Counted from the first letter of the stretch, positions 47,945 through 57,817 are shown. The stretch: 64,000 nt of DNA from Longimicrobiales bacterium (GCA_965116905.1 OZ220732.1:3232001-3296000); one strand, 5' to 3'. Translations and numbers: made by a program. Notes: a model not told the origin generated them from the sequence alone.

Positions 47945-48510
47945 GTTCCGCTTCTCCGAACCGGTCGGGGAGCCTCGAGGACCCGCCTGGTGACACCCTC
48001 TCCGTCCGTGAGGTCCACGACGACCTGCCGGTGCCGAATCCTGACAATCCGGAGCGGTCCCAGGGTGTCGCCGGTACGCAGCCGATGCGTGGACGCTTCG
48101 GCCGCACGGAGTCCGTCGGCTCCGGGTCCGCCGGCTCCGGCGTCGACGCCCGGCTCCCCGCCGGCGCGGAGCAAGACGAGGCTGTGCCGTGGAATCCTGT
48201 GGTAGATGATCCCCAGGACCTGTAGGCCGGCAACCGCATCCCCATCGGCCGGTTGCACCGCGAGAGGCTTGAATGGGTCACGTCTCCCATGGACGGGATA
48301 CACGAACCTCTCGCGCTCCAGCACCAGTTGGCCGGCCGAACCGGGTCCGTCACCGTACGGCTCCCGGCTGTGACTCGCCGTCCCGGTCGCAACCGGCACT
48401 CCGGCGCTCAACGCGGCACACCAGCCGACCGCAACCAGAAGCGCCAGGGAGCCGGAAACGCCATGGACACGATTCATGGAGATGGGCTCGCGCATTGTCC
48501 GCTCCTTCAT
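47941..48510 (-). CDS. PilP-like protein
   Basis: RRDPF motif followed by a beta domain (LGII, GDTLG); located between pilO and pilQ. Start at 48510 or 48495. Confidence 0.7.
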   Translation of the reverse strand: MKERTMREPISMNRVHGVSGSLALLVAVGWCAALSAGVPVATGTASHSREPYGDGPGSAGQLVLERERFVYPVHGRRDPFKPLAVQPADGDAVAGLQVLGIIYHRIPRHSLVLLRAGGEPGVDAGAGGPGADGLRAAEASTHRLRTGDTLGPLRIVRIRHRQVVVDLTDGEGVTRRVLEAPRPVRRSGT

Positions 48511-49133
48511 GTGTCGGGTTGCTCCGATGCTGTGGCAGAGTCCCGCGGCGTTTGCCGCAGCTCGGGCTTGCGTATGTACGTCGTGAGGCGAACGTGGGCT
48601 GTCACGCTTCCGCTGTGCGCCCTCATGTCGCCCGGTGTGCCAACCGCCGGAACAATGGTCACGACCTGCGGAACCAGTAGTCGTTCCCGGGACGCGGCAT
48701 CGGTAAGGAAACTCGCAACTGCGTGATAGGTCCCCTGGAGCTCCATCTCGTAGCTCCAATGATCGTAGAACGGCCCGTCCTGAATTGGCCCGGGACGCAT
48801 CCTGGTCACCTGGACACCCGGCCCGCCCCGGGCGGCGGAGAGCGATGCCAGAAGCGACGCCAGCTCCTGGTCGGACGGCACGATCGTCTCCAGCCGTTCG
48901 AGTTGCGCCTGGCTGCGTGAGACCCGCTGCTCCAGCAGCCGCGCTTCGGTTGCCCTGCGTTGCCCCTCGGCGTTGTGGGCTTCCAGACGCCGGAGTCTGG
49001 ATGCTTGCTCCTCGACGCGCTCGAAGCGCGGCACGTGAACATAGGTGTACACGAAATAGACACTCGAGACCGCCAGAAACGCGACTAGAACCGCGGCCTT
49101 TCTGACCGGGTCACGAGGCAGCCAACTCACCAT
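48507..49133 (-). CDS. pilO: Type IV pilus assembly protein PilO
   Basis: One TM helix plus coiled coil, VPSDQEL, FY and GTYHAVASFL. Confidence 0.85.
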   Translation of the reverse strand: MVSWLPRDPVRKAAVLVAFLAVSSVYFVYTYVHVPRFERVEEQASRLRRLEAHNAEGQRRATEARLLEQRVSRSQAQLERLETIVPSDQELASLLASLSAARGGPGVQVTRMRPGPIQDGPFYDHWSYEMELQGTYHAVASFLTDAASRERLLVPQVVTIVPAVGTPGDMRAHSGSVTAHVRLTTYIRKPELRQTPRDSATASEQPDT

Positions 49134-49804
49134 TGGGCGGTATCGGCCACCGGGACCCAATCGATCAGTTCGGGATCGGGGGTCTCGTGGGCCGCCTCGA
49201 TTACGAAGTCGTAGAGCTCTTCGGTTTCGTCCAACATGGGTCGTTCATTCCGCTCGGAGTTGATGAGCCGAACATCACGCATGAACGGAGAGCCCTCCAT
49301 GGCGTGCCAGAACCGGGTCAATGCGAGATTGCCCCGCGCCGTGCCCTCGATCCGCAGACGGATCGCGTCTTCGGCCGAGGACGCATGGGCCAGCCGCGTC
49401 AGCCACGCTTCCCTCGGCAGCGCACCCGCAACCTCGTCCATCAGATGCGGCCACACGTAGCGCTGTGCGTCCAACTCGAGCACGAGATCAACCCGCGAAG
49501 CGATGGAATCTCGATGCGCCTCGAGAAGGCGCGTGTTCTCAATGGTCACCGCGAGCCGAACCGAATCCCGGAGCGCGACTTCCATGCGGCCCGCAACCCC
49601 TGCCGAATCTTCCCCCGCCGCCGTGACCAGGAGGATCGCCGTGATCGAAGCCGCCAATGCGACAGCCGTCGAACCAATCATCCACCCGTCGCGTGGGAGG
49701 GGCTTCGTCAATCCCGACGGCGCTACCTCTTCGGCGCGCGGGCGACGGCCCCGGCGCTCGCGGAGCAGGTCGACTTCGATCATGGTTCGCGTCTCCGCCC
49801 GCAT
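49127..49804 (-). CDS. pilN: Type IV pilus assembly protein PilN
   Basis: IEVDLL (INLL-like motif), TM helix and WPHLMDEV...LP..AWLT. Confidence 0.85.
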   Translation of the reverse strand: MRAETRTMIEVDLLRERRGRRPRAEEVAPSGLTKPLPRDGWMIGSTAVALAASITAILLVTAAGEDSAGVAGRMEVALRDSVRLAVTIENTRLLEAHRDSIASRVDLVLELDAQRYVWPHLMDEVAGALPREAWLTRLAHASSAEDAIRLRIEGTARGNLALTRFWHAMEGSPFMRDVRLINSERNERPMLDETEELYDFVIEAAHETPDPELIDWVPVADTAQW

Positions 49805-50841
49805 CAGGTTGTCCGCAAGGCCAGACCGACGGCGAGGCCCAGCATCGGAGCTGCGTGTTCGAGGGCCCAGTGGGTCGCCAGGCCGGAACCAACCATGACG
49901 CGTTCAAAGGGATTCGCCAGACGGGTCTCCACCTTGACTCGCCGTGCCATGAGATCCGCCAGACCGGGGATGCACGCGCCTCCCCCACTCATATAGACGC
50001 GCCCCAGGCCCCTGCCCGGCTGACGCGCGCCGACGACCGCCGACGCCCGCTCGACACCGGTCACGATGCGTTCGGCCGCCGCGTCCAGCACACCCGCGAA
50101 CGCGGTGCCGCGGTCCCCGCTTCGAAGAAACTCTTCCGCCTTTACGCGGGTCAGGCCGTGCTCCTGCCGCAATCGCTCCAGGATCCATCCGGAGCCAACC
50201 GGAAGATCCTTGGAGAGCACCGGCATGCCATCGTCCAGGAGACTGACGCTCGTGACGTCGTGGCCGACGTTGACGAGCGTCGCCATTCCGTCCGCAGCGT
50301 CCGGATGGTTGTGCACCAACATGTTGTGCAGCGCCAGGGCCTCGACATCGATCAGAGACACGCCGAGCCCCGCTCCCCTGAGCAGAGCAACCCGGGCTTC
50401 GACCCGTTCGCGCCTGGCCGCTACCAGCAACACCTCCGCGGACGTGTCATCGCGGCCGGCTCGAAGAACATGGAAATCCAGCTGCACTTCCCGGAGATCG
50501 AAGGGTACGTGCCGTTCGGCCTCGCGGCGCACTGCCTCGTCACGGGTCGCTCCAAACGGCGATTCGACTGTCAGGGTCTTCATGAAGACGTGGTGTCCGC
50601 CAAGGGCCGTGACCACCTCGGCCGATCCGCCGGGCAGGGTCTCGGCCAGCTTCTGCAGCGCTGCGCCTACGCGCCCCGGACGGATGACCTCCCCGTCTGT
50701 CAGGGCCCCTCGGGGCACTTGTGCGACGGTGACGCTGGTGAGCTCGGGCGAGTCCCCTCCATGATCAACCTCGACGAGCTTGGTGAAGGCACTTCCCACG
50801 TCCAGACCCAGGGTCTTCCGCCCGCGTCGAAACCACGCCAT
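49804..50841 (-). CDS. pilM: Type IV pilus assembly protein PilM
   Basis: GLDVGS, VPFD, LLVAA, SGGGA, ANPF and AVGLALR. Confidence 0.95.
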   Translation of the reverse strand: MAWFRRGRKTLGLDVGSAFTKLVEVDHGGDSPELTSVTVAQVPRGALTDGEVIRPGRVGAALQKLAETLPGGSAEVVTALGGHHVFMKTLTVESPFGATRDEAVRREAERHVPFDLREVQLDFHVLRAGRDDTSAEVLLVAARRERVEARVALLRGAGLGVSLIDVEALALHNMLVHNHPDAADGMATLVNVGHDVTSVSLLDDGMPVLSKDLPVGSGWILERLRQEHGLTRVKAEEFLRSGDRGTAFAGVLDAAAERIVTGVERASAVVGARQPGRGLGRVYMSGGGACIPGLADLMARRVKVETRLANPFERVMVGSGLATHWALEHAAPMLGLAVGLALRTT

Positions 50842-50845
50842 GGCG

Positions 50846-51901
50846 CTATCCGCCAGCCGGAGGGACCGGGCCCGCCCAGGAGCGGCCCGGCAGCGGGATC
50901 GGGCGCGCGAGGGTCAATGCCTCACGGAGTGCGTTGTACGCGGCGCATGCGGACCCGTCGATTACAGAGCCATCGGCAAGTGCAACGGAGCCGCCCGCGC
51001 GCACCAGGCCCACGATCGTGGCGCCCTGCTCAAGGTCCACGTCTCCAGAGGCGAGGACCAGGCCGGTCCAGCTCGCTCCGGCCTGAAGACGCAAGCTTCC
51101 GTGCACGGTCAGAATGCCGGCTTCCTGACCGGTCAACAGAAGGTCGCCCCGGCTGTGCACCAGACCGCGCCAGCACCGGTTGCACCCCAATGTCCCGAAC
51201 GTGCCTCGGTGTGGCACATGGTCGGCAAGTTCCGCAAGCAATGGTTCGGAGAACCACCCGAGCCTCAGGTCGGCGAAGCCTGCGTTTCCCGCGGAGCCCC
51301 ATTCGGGTGGACTCGGCAGCGACGCGTAGGCCATCAGGTGCTGCGCGAGAGGGAAATCGGGAAGCGTCGCCAACTCGTCACACCCCTCCATCCCCGCCCG
51401 AGTGGCAAGGATGGAGTCCGTGCGGACACTGGCCGCCAATCCCATTGCCAGCGAATCCGCTTCCACTACCGCGCGGTGCGATGCCGTCCGTGCCAGCGGG
51501 TCCGGCCACCAGGCCACCCGGGCTTCCCGCATGGGGACGCCATCACCCACCTCCCCCTCGCCGATGAAGAGATGGAATTCGCGCGCGAGCCGGAGTTCAC
51601 GCACACGCCAAGTGCCCTGATGACCGAATGTTCCGGAGTCCAGCACCATGGCGGCGGACCCCAACTCCGTGCCGGGCGTTCCGCGTGCCTGCTGAAACCG
51701 TATGTCCAGGCCCCCGCGAGCTCCCGTGCGCGCCGACAACACCTTGCCCGCCATCGTGGCAGCGCGCATCTGCCCCACCGACGCGGCCACCGCCGCCGAG
51801 GCGATCCCGGCCAGGACCAGCAGGGCCAACAGAGCCAGGACCAGGGCGAAACCACTCTGCCCGGAAGCAATCGTGTGCCTCCGCGCGCCTTCGTGCCTCA
51901 T
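50846..51901 (-). CDS. PilX/GspK-like minor pilin
   Basis: Class III signal QSG|FALVLAL lacking Glu5, which is typical of PilX. Confidence 0.75.
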   Translation of the reverse strand: MRHEGARRHTIASGQSGFALVLALLALLVLAGIASAAVAASVGQMRAATMAGKVLSARTGARGGLDIRFQQARGTPGTELGSAAMVLDSGTFGHQGTWRVRELRLAREFHLFIGEGEVGDGVPMREARVAWWPDPLARTASHRAVVEADSLAMGLAASVRTDSILATRAGMEGCDELATLPDFPLAQHLMAYASLPSPPEWGSAGNAGFADLRLGWFSEPLLAELADHVPHRGTFGTLGCNRCWRGLVHSRGDLLLTGQEAGILTVHGSLRLQAGASWTGLVLASGDVDLEQGATIVGLVRAGGSVALADGSVIDGSACAAYNALREALTLARPIPLPGRSWAGPVPPAGG

Positions 51902-52620
51902 CTGCGTCCCCAGCTCCTCCACCGGAAGGAAGGCGGAATGGGGCTTGGTCCCTTCCAGGTCATTCGGGCCTCCAGACCGCCGTTCGCCACAGGCGCAAGG
52001 CTGGCCGAGTCGACTGCAATCCCCGTTCCCGTCAATGGCTGCCATGCCGCGCCGCGCCGGTATCGGAAGGCGCCGTCGGAGAAGCGATATGCACCGCGTT
52101 CGAAATACATGCCCACGAGGGGACGGTCGACCGGCGGGTCCAGCAGCCACACCTCGGTGGAAAACCCGGCAACCCGCCGACAGTCGAGCCCTCTCCGCCG
52201 CAACGATCTCGTCAATGCCGAGACGCTCCACCGCCCGTCCTCGGACAGTACAAGAACCGAGTCCTTGTCGGAGTCGGGCGAGCGGTAGCCGGACACCGCG
52301 ACCGCCCAACCCTGCGGCAACTCGGTCGCACACCGGATGGCCATGCCCCGAAAGGCACGGAGGTGCAATTCCTCATCGATAATGGTCCAGTCAACGCCGG
52401 GCTGGCCGTACGCAATCTCGGTCCCGAGGACATGGTGGATCAATCTCGTTTCGTCGAGAATCCTGGCACCGGTGACTACCTGGGTCGCCACGACGCTTTG
52501 GACCGCCGTGACCCACCAGCTCACCTGCACGACCATGAGCAGCAGCGTCCCTGCCACCACTGCTTCCGTCAGAGCGAAGCCAAGCATCCCTTCGCGCCGC
52601 CGACCGCTGCGCGGAATCAT
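51898..52620 (-). CDS. PilW-like minor pilin
   Basis: G|FALTE followed by a hydrophobic helix; overlaps neighbouring genes at both ends. Confidence 0.7.
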   Translation of the reverse strand: MIPRSGRRREGMLGFALTEAVVAGTLLLMVVQVSWWVTAVQSVVATQVVTGARILDETRLIHHVLGTEIAYGQPGVDWTIIDEELHLRAFRGMAIRCATELPQGWAVAVSGYRSPDSDKDSVLVLSEDGRWSVSALTRSLRRRGLDCRRVAGFSTEVWLLDPPVDRPLVGMYFERGAYRFSDGAFRYRRGAAWQPLTGTGIAVDSASLAPVANGGLEARMTWKGPSPIPPSFRWRSWGRR

Positions 52621-52967
52621 GCTTCCGGCTCGTCGCGCGTCGTTCGAACAGCAAAGTCGACGCGGATTTCAGCAGGGAGAGCCACATGCTTGAAGCTTGC
52701 CCAGCCCGGCGACCCGGGGTGCGCGGAGACGCTCCAGTTCAAGACGCCGGCGGGGTGTGCCCGTACGCCCGCCGCCTCGACCCGGGCGCCATTCAGCATG
52801 ACCGAGTCCACGAAGTTCTGAAGCTCCACCCTGGCCTCGTCCAGCGCGGTGGCCCGCACCAGAGTGCGTGCCGAGGTCGCCGTCAGCGACGCCACACCGG
52901 CTACACCCACACTCACAATTGCGACCGCCACGACCAGTTCCATCATCGAGACCCCCGACGTGTTCAT
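52617..52967 (-). CDS. PilV-like minor pilin
   Basis: SG|VSMMELVVAVAIV. Confidence 0.75.
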   Translation of the reverse strand: MNTSGVSMMELVVAVAIVSVGVAGVASLTATSARTLVRATALDEARVELQNFVDSVMLNGARVEAAGVRAHPAGVLNWSVSAHPGSPGWASFKHVALPAEIRVDFAVRTTRDEPEA

Positions 52968-53473
52968 CGGCGTGACACCCGGCCAAGCGAGGACAGCACG
53001 AGTCGGCGCTCCTCTCCAGCAAGTCCGAAACGCAGCGTCTGGCTGGAGACCATCCCGAGCCCCATGGGCCCAAAGCGGACGCTTGCCGTCGGCCGGCCAC
53101 GCGAGAGCCCAAGCGCAACACCGCCCTCGTCCAGGCTCGCAGCCACTACGGTGTCGCCGGCAGCGCTGACCACAACGCCATGGGCGGGATCGGCAACCAA
53201 CTCCACCGTAGCGGCGCCGTGCATCACGGCGGTCCAGCGTGCTTCGGCGAAGAGCCTCGCAGCCTCTTCACGGGATCTTTGCAGGTAGAACGACGTACGC
53301 AGCTTGCGTGCCGAGCTGAGAAGTGGCGGCGCCAGTGCCGCCAGCACGACCAGGAGCACCGCGATCTCAATGATCGAGTAACCGGATCGGGACGTGGGAT
53401 TCACGGCTGCTCCGTGCTGCGGCATCGCCCCCCACCTCATCCGACGCTTCCTGGGTCCGTTCCTTGCGATCAT
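52964..53473 (-). CDS. FimT/FimU-like minor pilin
   Basis: SG|YSIIEIAVLL, AR..A motif and C-terminal F.PMG...S.LGRV. Start uncertain (53473 or 53404). Confidence 0.75.
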   Translation of the reverse strand: MIARNGPRKRRMRWGAMPQHGAAVNPTSRSGYSIIEIAVLLVVLAALAPPLLSSARKLRTSFYLQRSREEAARLFAEARWTAVMHGAATVELVADPAHGVVVSAAGDTVVAASLDEGGVALGLSRGRPTASVRFGPMGLGMVSSQTLRFGLAGEERRLVLSSLGRVSRR

Positions 53474-53592
53474 GTTCCTTCCCTCCGACGTGGCGGCATG
53501 TTCGACAACTTCAATAACGCGGGCTGCATTGGGCGTTTGAATAGCTGAATCGGCCTTTGTTCCGAGGCATGCCGATTCGAAGAGAAGGAAGG

Positions 53593-53985
53593 TCACGGCG
53601 TGCATACGACCTGGCCCTCGGCTTCGGGACTGACGGAGCCAATCGTCGGCGCAGTGGCCGATCCGTAGTAGAGCGCGCAACCCCTGTCCTCGCCCAGTGC
53701 AGCATGAGTTGCCGTCGCCGACCAACCCGAGGTCGACGCGGCGGACGTCACGGTCACCGATTCCGAGGACACGAAGTTCAAGTCGGCCAGGGAACTCGTG
53801 TACTGGTAGTTGGTCGCGTAGTACAGCTCCTGTTGCGCCGCAAGATTGCGAACGTCCGACTTCATCGCGGCGAAGTACGCCTTTTCCCTGGTCGCCGAGA
53901 ACTGCGGAATCGCGATGGCCGAAAGAATGCCGATAATGACCAGAACGATGAGCAGTTCGATTAGGGTAAATCCTTTTGTGTTCAT
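53593..53985 (-). CDS. Type IV pilin, probable major pilin
   Basis: MNTKG|FTLIELLIVLVIIGILSAIAIPQF, a Ser/Thr-rich head and a C-terminal Cys pair. Confidence 0.93.
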   Translation of the reverse strand: MNTKGFTLIELLIVLVIIGILSAIAIPQFSATREKAYFAAMKSDVRNLAAQQELYYATNYQYTSSLADLNFVSSESVTVTSAASTSGWSATATHAALGEDRGCALYYGSATAPTIGSVSPEAEGQVVCTP

Positions 53986-54048
53986 AATCTGAGGATCCTT
54001 TATTGATAATTCACATGACATCGTGCAAGGACGTTGGTCGTCGCGGCT

Positions 54049-55761
54049 TCACGGGGGCGGACCTGCGCTCTCGCCCATGATGCGGAGACGCACGGCAATC
54101 GCCTCGTGCGCCCGTCCCTGGGCTTCGAGCGACCGGGCGAGAAGATGGAGCTGGACTCCGTCATGAGGCTTCACCCGCAGGGCGGCCCGCGACGAAGCCT
54201 CTGAAAGCACCCAACGGCCCTGGCGGTCGTGGAGGACAGCCAGCAACGCGGGCGCGGCACCGTACTGGGGATAGTCGCGCCAGGCACGGCTCAATACGTG
54301 CTCCGCGCTTCGGTCCAGCCTCTCGGCGAGCAGGTTGCGACCGATTTCCACCAGCAGGGCGTAACTGCCACCGATCCTGCCCATGGCCCGACGGTACGCC
54401 GCGAGTCCAGGTCCGTGCTCGCCAAGGGCGAAGTACGTGTCGCCGATGACCCATTGCGCGCGCCCGGACTCCGGGCGATCCCGGAGCAGCGTGCTGAAGA
54501 CGGCTGCGTTGTCTCGCCATGTCGGATTGCGCGCGATGGTCCGGCATAGCAGCAGGGACAGCGCGGTGACTGCCGCCAGCACCCCGACGCGTGGCCGCTC
54601 CCGCGCGAGTTGTGCGAACATCCATCCGGCTCCCGCCGCCAAACCGACAGAGGGCAGGAACAGCGTCCGCTCCGCGAGGAGCACCCCCGTCAGAAAGAGG
54701 AGATTGGCCGTCGGCAGAGCCGTAATGATGAACCACAGCACACCGAATCCGGCTGCCCTCGGAGAGGAGCGTCGCGGAGTCAGGGGCGCGGTCCTCCAGG
54801 TCTTCCAGGCGACGACCAGAGCGGTCAGCGCAAGCACCATTCCCAGGCCGTTTCGCGCCGTCCATCCGTACGACACGGGAATCACGTCCGGCGTGTAGTC
54901 GGACGACAGTTCCAGCGGAAAAAACAACAGCCGAAAAACCTCCGGCCATGTATTCATCACCGTCCAGATTCGAGGAACCTCTCCGGACGCGAGGATTTCC
55001 GCCCCCAGGGGCGGCAACGGATCGGCAATCCCTCCCAGGACCAGCACCCGGCCCGTCAGAAACACGGCCGTCACCAATGCGAGCACGGTGTAGAGGGCCA
55101 GCCGCTCCTTCAGATAGGGCCCCAGGGCCGAAAGGCGCGGATCCTTTCGAGCCGCGTCGATCAACAGGACGGCGCCGGGCAGGGTGACCGCACTTTCCTT
55201 TGAGAGGACAGCCACGAGAGACAGGCCGCCCGTAGCCGCAAGCCGAGGGATTCCCAAGCGTCGCGGATGGCCGGTCACCAGGAGGCAAGCACCCAGATAC
55301 GCATTCGCCGCCAGCAGTTCCGACAGGCCGACCACGTTCGCGACCGCCTCCACGTGCACCGGATGCACGGCAAACACCAGCGCGCCGAAGAGTGCGGCCG
55401 ACGGGGGAAGAAGGCGGCCCAGCAGGATCGCAACCAGCGCCGCGGCCGTGCCGTTCAGCAGGATGTTGACGGCATGAAAGCCGGTCGGATCCCCACGCCA
55501 CAATGTCCACTGGAGCCCGAGCACCCATGTGGTCACGGGCCGCCAGAGACCCAGCGCCCGGCCCTGCCGGTTGGGCCAATAGGGCTTCAGGGCGGTGCCC
55601 GAAAGGGTTCTCAGACTGTGAATGTCCTCGTTCGCGGCCAGCACGGGCAGGTCGTCGTAGGCAAAGTCGTTGCCAAGGCTGTTGGCAAACGCCAGAACGG
55701 CCGCTGAAGCGGCGACGACCGCAACCATCCCGATTCCCGTGTCCTGCCCCAGCCGCACCAT
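54049..55761 (-). CDS. TMTC-like (DUF1736) GT-C glycosyltransferase with C-terminal TPRs
   Basis: FAYDD, WRP, FAVHPVHVEAV, SKES and AERTLFLPS; many TM helices and a TPR-like tail. Confidence 0.82.
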   Translation of the reverse strand: MVRLGQDTGIGMVAVVAASAAVLAFANSLGNDFAYDDLPVLAANEDIHSLRTLSGTALKPYWPNRQGRALGLWRPVTTWVLGLQWTLWRGDPTGFHAVNILLNGTAAALVAILLGRLLPPSAALFGALVFAVHPVHVEAVANVVGLSELLAANAYLGACLLVTGHPRRLGIPRLAATGGLSLVAVLSKESAVTLPGAVLLIDAARKDPRLSALGPYLKERLALYTVLALVTAVFLTGRVLVLGGIADPLPPLGAEILASGEVPRIWTVMNTWPEVFRLLFFPLELSSDYTPDVIPVSYGWTARNGLGMVLALTALVVAWKTWRTAPLTPRRSSPRAAGFGVLWFIITALPTANLLFLTGVLLAERTLFLPSVGLAAGAGWMFAQLARERPRVGVLAAVTALSLLLCRTIARNPTWRDNAAVFSTLLRDRPESGRAQWVIGDTYFALGEHGPGLAAYRRAMGRIGGSYALLVEIGRNLLAERLDRSAEHVLSRAWRDYPQYGAAPALLAVLHDRQGRWVLSEASSRAALRVKPHDGVQLHLLARSLEAQGRAHEAIAVRLRIMGESAGPPP

Positions 55762-55955
55762 CGTGTTTCATGCTTCATCCCGGAGAGACGTTCGGAGTCC
55801 GCGATCAAAGGTCCAACCGAAACCGAGGTGCGAACGCCGTTTCGGGCGAAGTATGCCTCCGAATCATGGGCGCTGGCATAGTGGAAACGGCCATTCGGTC
55901 CAGACGGGGTCCGAAACTCCCGGACTGGCGCAAACATCGGGACCGCACCAGGCGG

Positions 55956-56702
55956 CTACTCCCCCTTGTCCTCCTCCAGCCATGCCGGCCGCGGGGCCTT
56001 CCAGGGTCTCGGCTTCGGCCCCAGGAGATTGCTTCGGAGAATGAACCAGATCGCGGAAACGCCGTCCTTCCAGCCGATCTTCTTGCCCTCGGCGTACGAG
56101 CGTCCATCATAGCTGACCGGCATCTCGTAGATGCGGGCCTCGGCCTGGGCCAGCCTGGCGGTGATCTCCGGCTCAATGCCGAAGCGGTCCACGGTCAGCG
56201 GAAGGGATTGGAGAAGCTCTCGCCGGACAAGCTTCTGGCACGTCTCCATGTCGGTCAGGTTGAGGTCGGTCAGGACGTTGCTCAGCAGCGTGAGAATCCG
56301 GTTCCCGACCATGTGCCAGAAAAACAGGACCCGGTGCGGCCCGCCCAGAAAACGAGACCCGTAGACGGCATCGGCCTTGCCGTCGGCGATCGGCCCGAGC
56401 AGGCGCGGAATCTCGCCGGGATCGTACTCCAGGTCCGCGTCCTGAACCGCCACCACGTCCGCGGTCGCGTGCCGGAATCCCGTTCGAAGTGCGGCCCCCT
56501 TCCCCCGGTTGCGGTCGTGGAGGAACAGATGGTCGATCAAGCCGATCCCGTGCAGCCGGGTGAGGAGCGGACGCGTTCCGTCGCTCGACCCATCGTCGAC
56601 CACGATCACCTCCTTGGCGACCGGCACGGAGGCCACCCGCCGCAGCAGCTCCTCGACCGTCGCGCGTTCGTTGTACACGGGGATGACGATCGAAACCGTC
56701 AT
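55956..56702 (-). CDS. GT2 polyprenyl-phosphate glycosyltransferase (Dpm1/Ppm1-like)
   Basis: IVIPVYNE, VDDGSSDGT, NRGKGAA, QDADLEYDP, GSRF, TDMETC and EGKKIGWKDG. Confidence 0.93.
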   Translation of the reverse strand: MTVSIVIPVYNERATVEELLRRVASVPVAKEVIVVDDGSSDGTRPLLTRLHGIGLIDHLFLHDRNRGKGAALRTGFRHATADVVAVQDADLEYDPGEIPRLLGPIADGKADAVYGSRFLGGPHRVLFFWHMVGNRILTLLSNVLTDLNLTDMETCQKLVRRELLQSLPLTVDRFGIEPEITARLAQAEARIYEMPVSYDGRSYAEGKKIGWKDGVSAIWFILRSNLLGPKPRPWKAPRPAWLEEDKGE

Positions 56703-56843
56703 GCGCGCCAGGGCCCGACCGGTTCGGTCCGGCGGCGGACGGTCAGCGCTACTCAACGTTCCGCGTGTCCGCCGAAGGTGGGGAGGGCGGCGCCGACACT
56801 CGAAACAGCCCGCGGAAGCCGGTCCAACTGAAGCCGCGAACGG

Positions 56844-57749
56844 CTACCTGGAACCGACCGGCACTTCCAGGGTCTGCCCGGCGTAGATCCGCGTGCTGCG
56901 AAGGCTGTTTGCCGACTGCAGCTGATCTACCGTCGTACCGTAGGCTTGCGCGATCGTCCAAAGGGAATCGCCCGAGCGGACCTCATATCGGACGACCGAC
57001 GGCATGGGACCCTCGTCGGCCACCTGCGACCCTGAAGCGGCCGCCACCCGACGTTCCGCTTCGATACGCTCCACGTAGCGAGCGTACTCGTGAGTATACA
57101 CGGCGATGTGGTAGTGCGGCGGATACCTCTCGTAGGTCGCCTGCACCGTGCCCCGCTCCTCGAGGTGCAGCAGCACGTCTTCCAGCCAGGCGCGGCACGG
57201 CCGGTGGTTGCTCCGGCGCAGATCGACGGCCATTCCGGTGGGATGGACCGACAGGCGGGACGCGTTGCGGGGCTGCCGGTTCAGGGCGCGAGTGAGACTC
57301 GTCACGACCAGTACCTCGCCACACGCGCTCCGATACTGGCGCGACAGCCGTTCCACGAAAGTCCGGACTTCGGCGCGCGCGTAGGGGAAGGACACCTCGT
57401 CGTCGATCACGTAGCTGTCGTTGCCTCGCAGCGGGACCAGGAGACCCAGGTCGACGAGGCGCCGCACGTGATCTGGATCCCTGGCAAAGGAGTAGTCGTA
57501 TTCGATGGCCCGCCGGTTTTGCTCCTGCATCGATGCGAGCCCGCCCCGCAGACTCTGCCCGGCCAAGGGGCCGGAGAAGCCCATGGCAACAACGGACAAT
57601 ACCGGCAAACACCGCCTCAGTGCCCCGCAACCACTCCATCCGTGCCGTGACTGAGCCCTCAAGTACGCTTCCTCCTCTGGGAGTTCCGGGCTGAATCGCA
57701 TCGCCGGCTCGCAGCGCGAAACATATGTATTAGCCTCCACGCTGTCCAC
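56844..57749 (-). CDS. Secreted DUF5715-like (peptidase M15-like) protein with a C-terminal LysM domain
   Basis: VTSLTR, SVHPTGMAVDL and HYHI; LysM YEVRSGDSLWTIAQAYG...IYAGQTL. The true start is probably downstream of 57749. Confidence 0.8.
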   Translation of the reverse strand: MDSVEANTYVSRCEPAMRFSPELPEEEAYLRAQSRHGWSGCGALRRCLPVLSVVAMGFSGPLAGQSLRGGLASMQEQNRRAIEYDYSFARDPDHVRRLVDLGLLVPLRGNDSYVIDDEVSFPYARAEVRTFVERLSRQYRSACGEVLVVTSLTRALNRQPRNASRLSVHPTGMAVDLRRSNHRPCRAWLEDVLLHLEERGTVQATYERYPPHYHIAVYTHEYARYVERIEAERRVAAASGSQVADEGPMPSVVRYEVRSGDSLWTIAQAYGTTVDQLQSANSLRSTRIYAGQTLEVPVGSR

Positions 57750-57817
57750 CCTCGCCGACGGTCACTGAATGCTCGCGACCCCCGTGACCGCACGTCACCA
57801 GCGGCTTGCCAGCGACA

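Noticed and set aside
53986..54048. Sigma-54 promoter or CRP/FNR site upstream of the pilin
   Set aside because: TTGC lacks a GG at the required spacing, and only half sites of CRP/FNR-like motifs are present.
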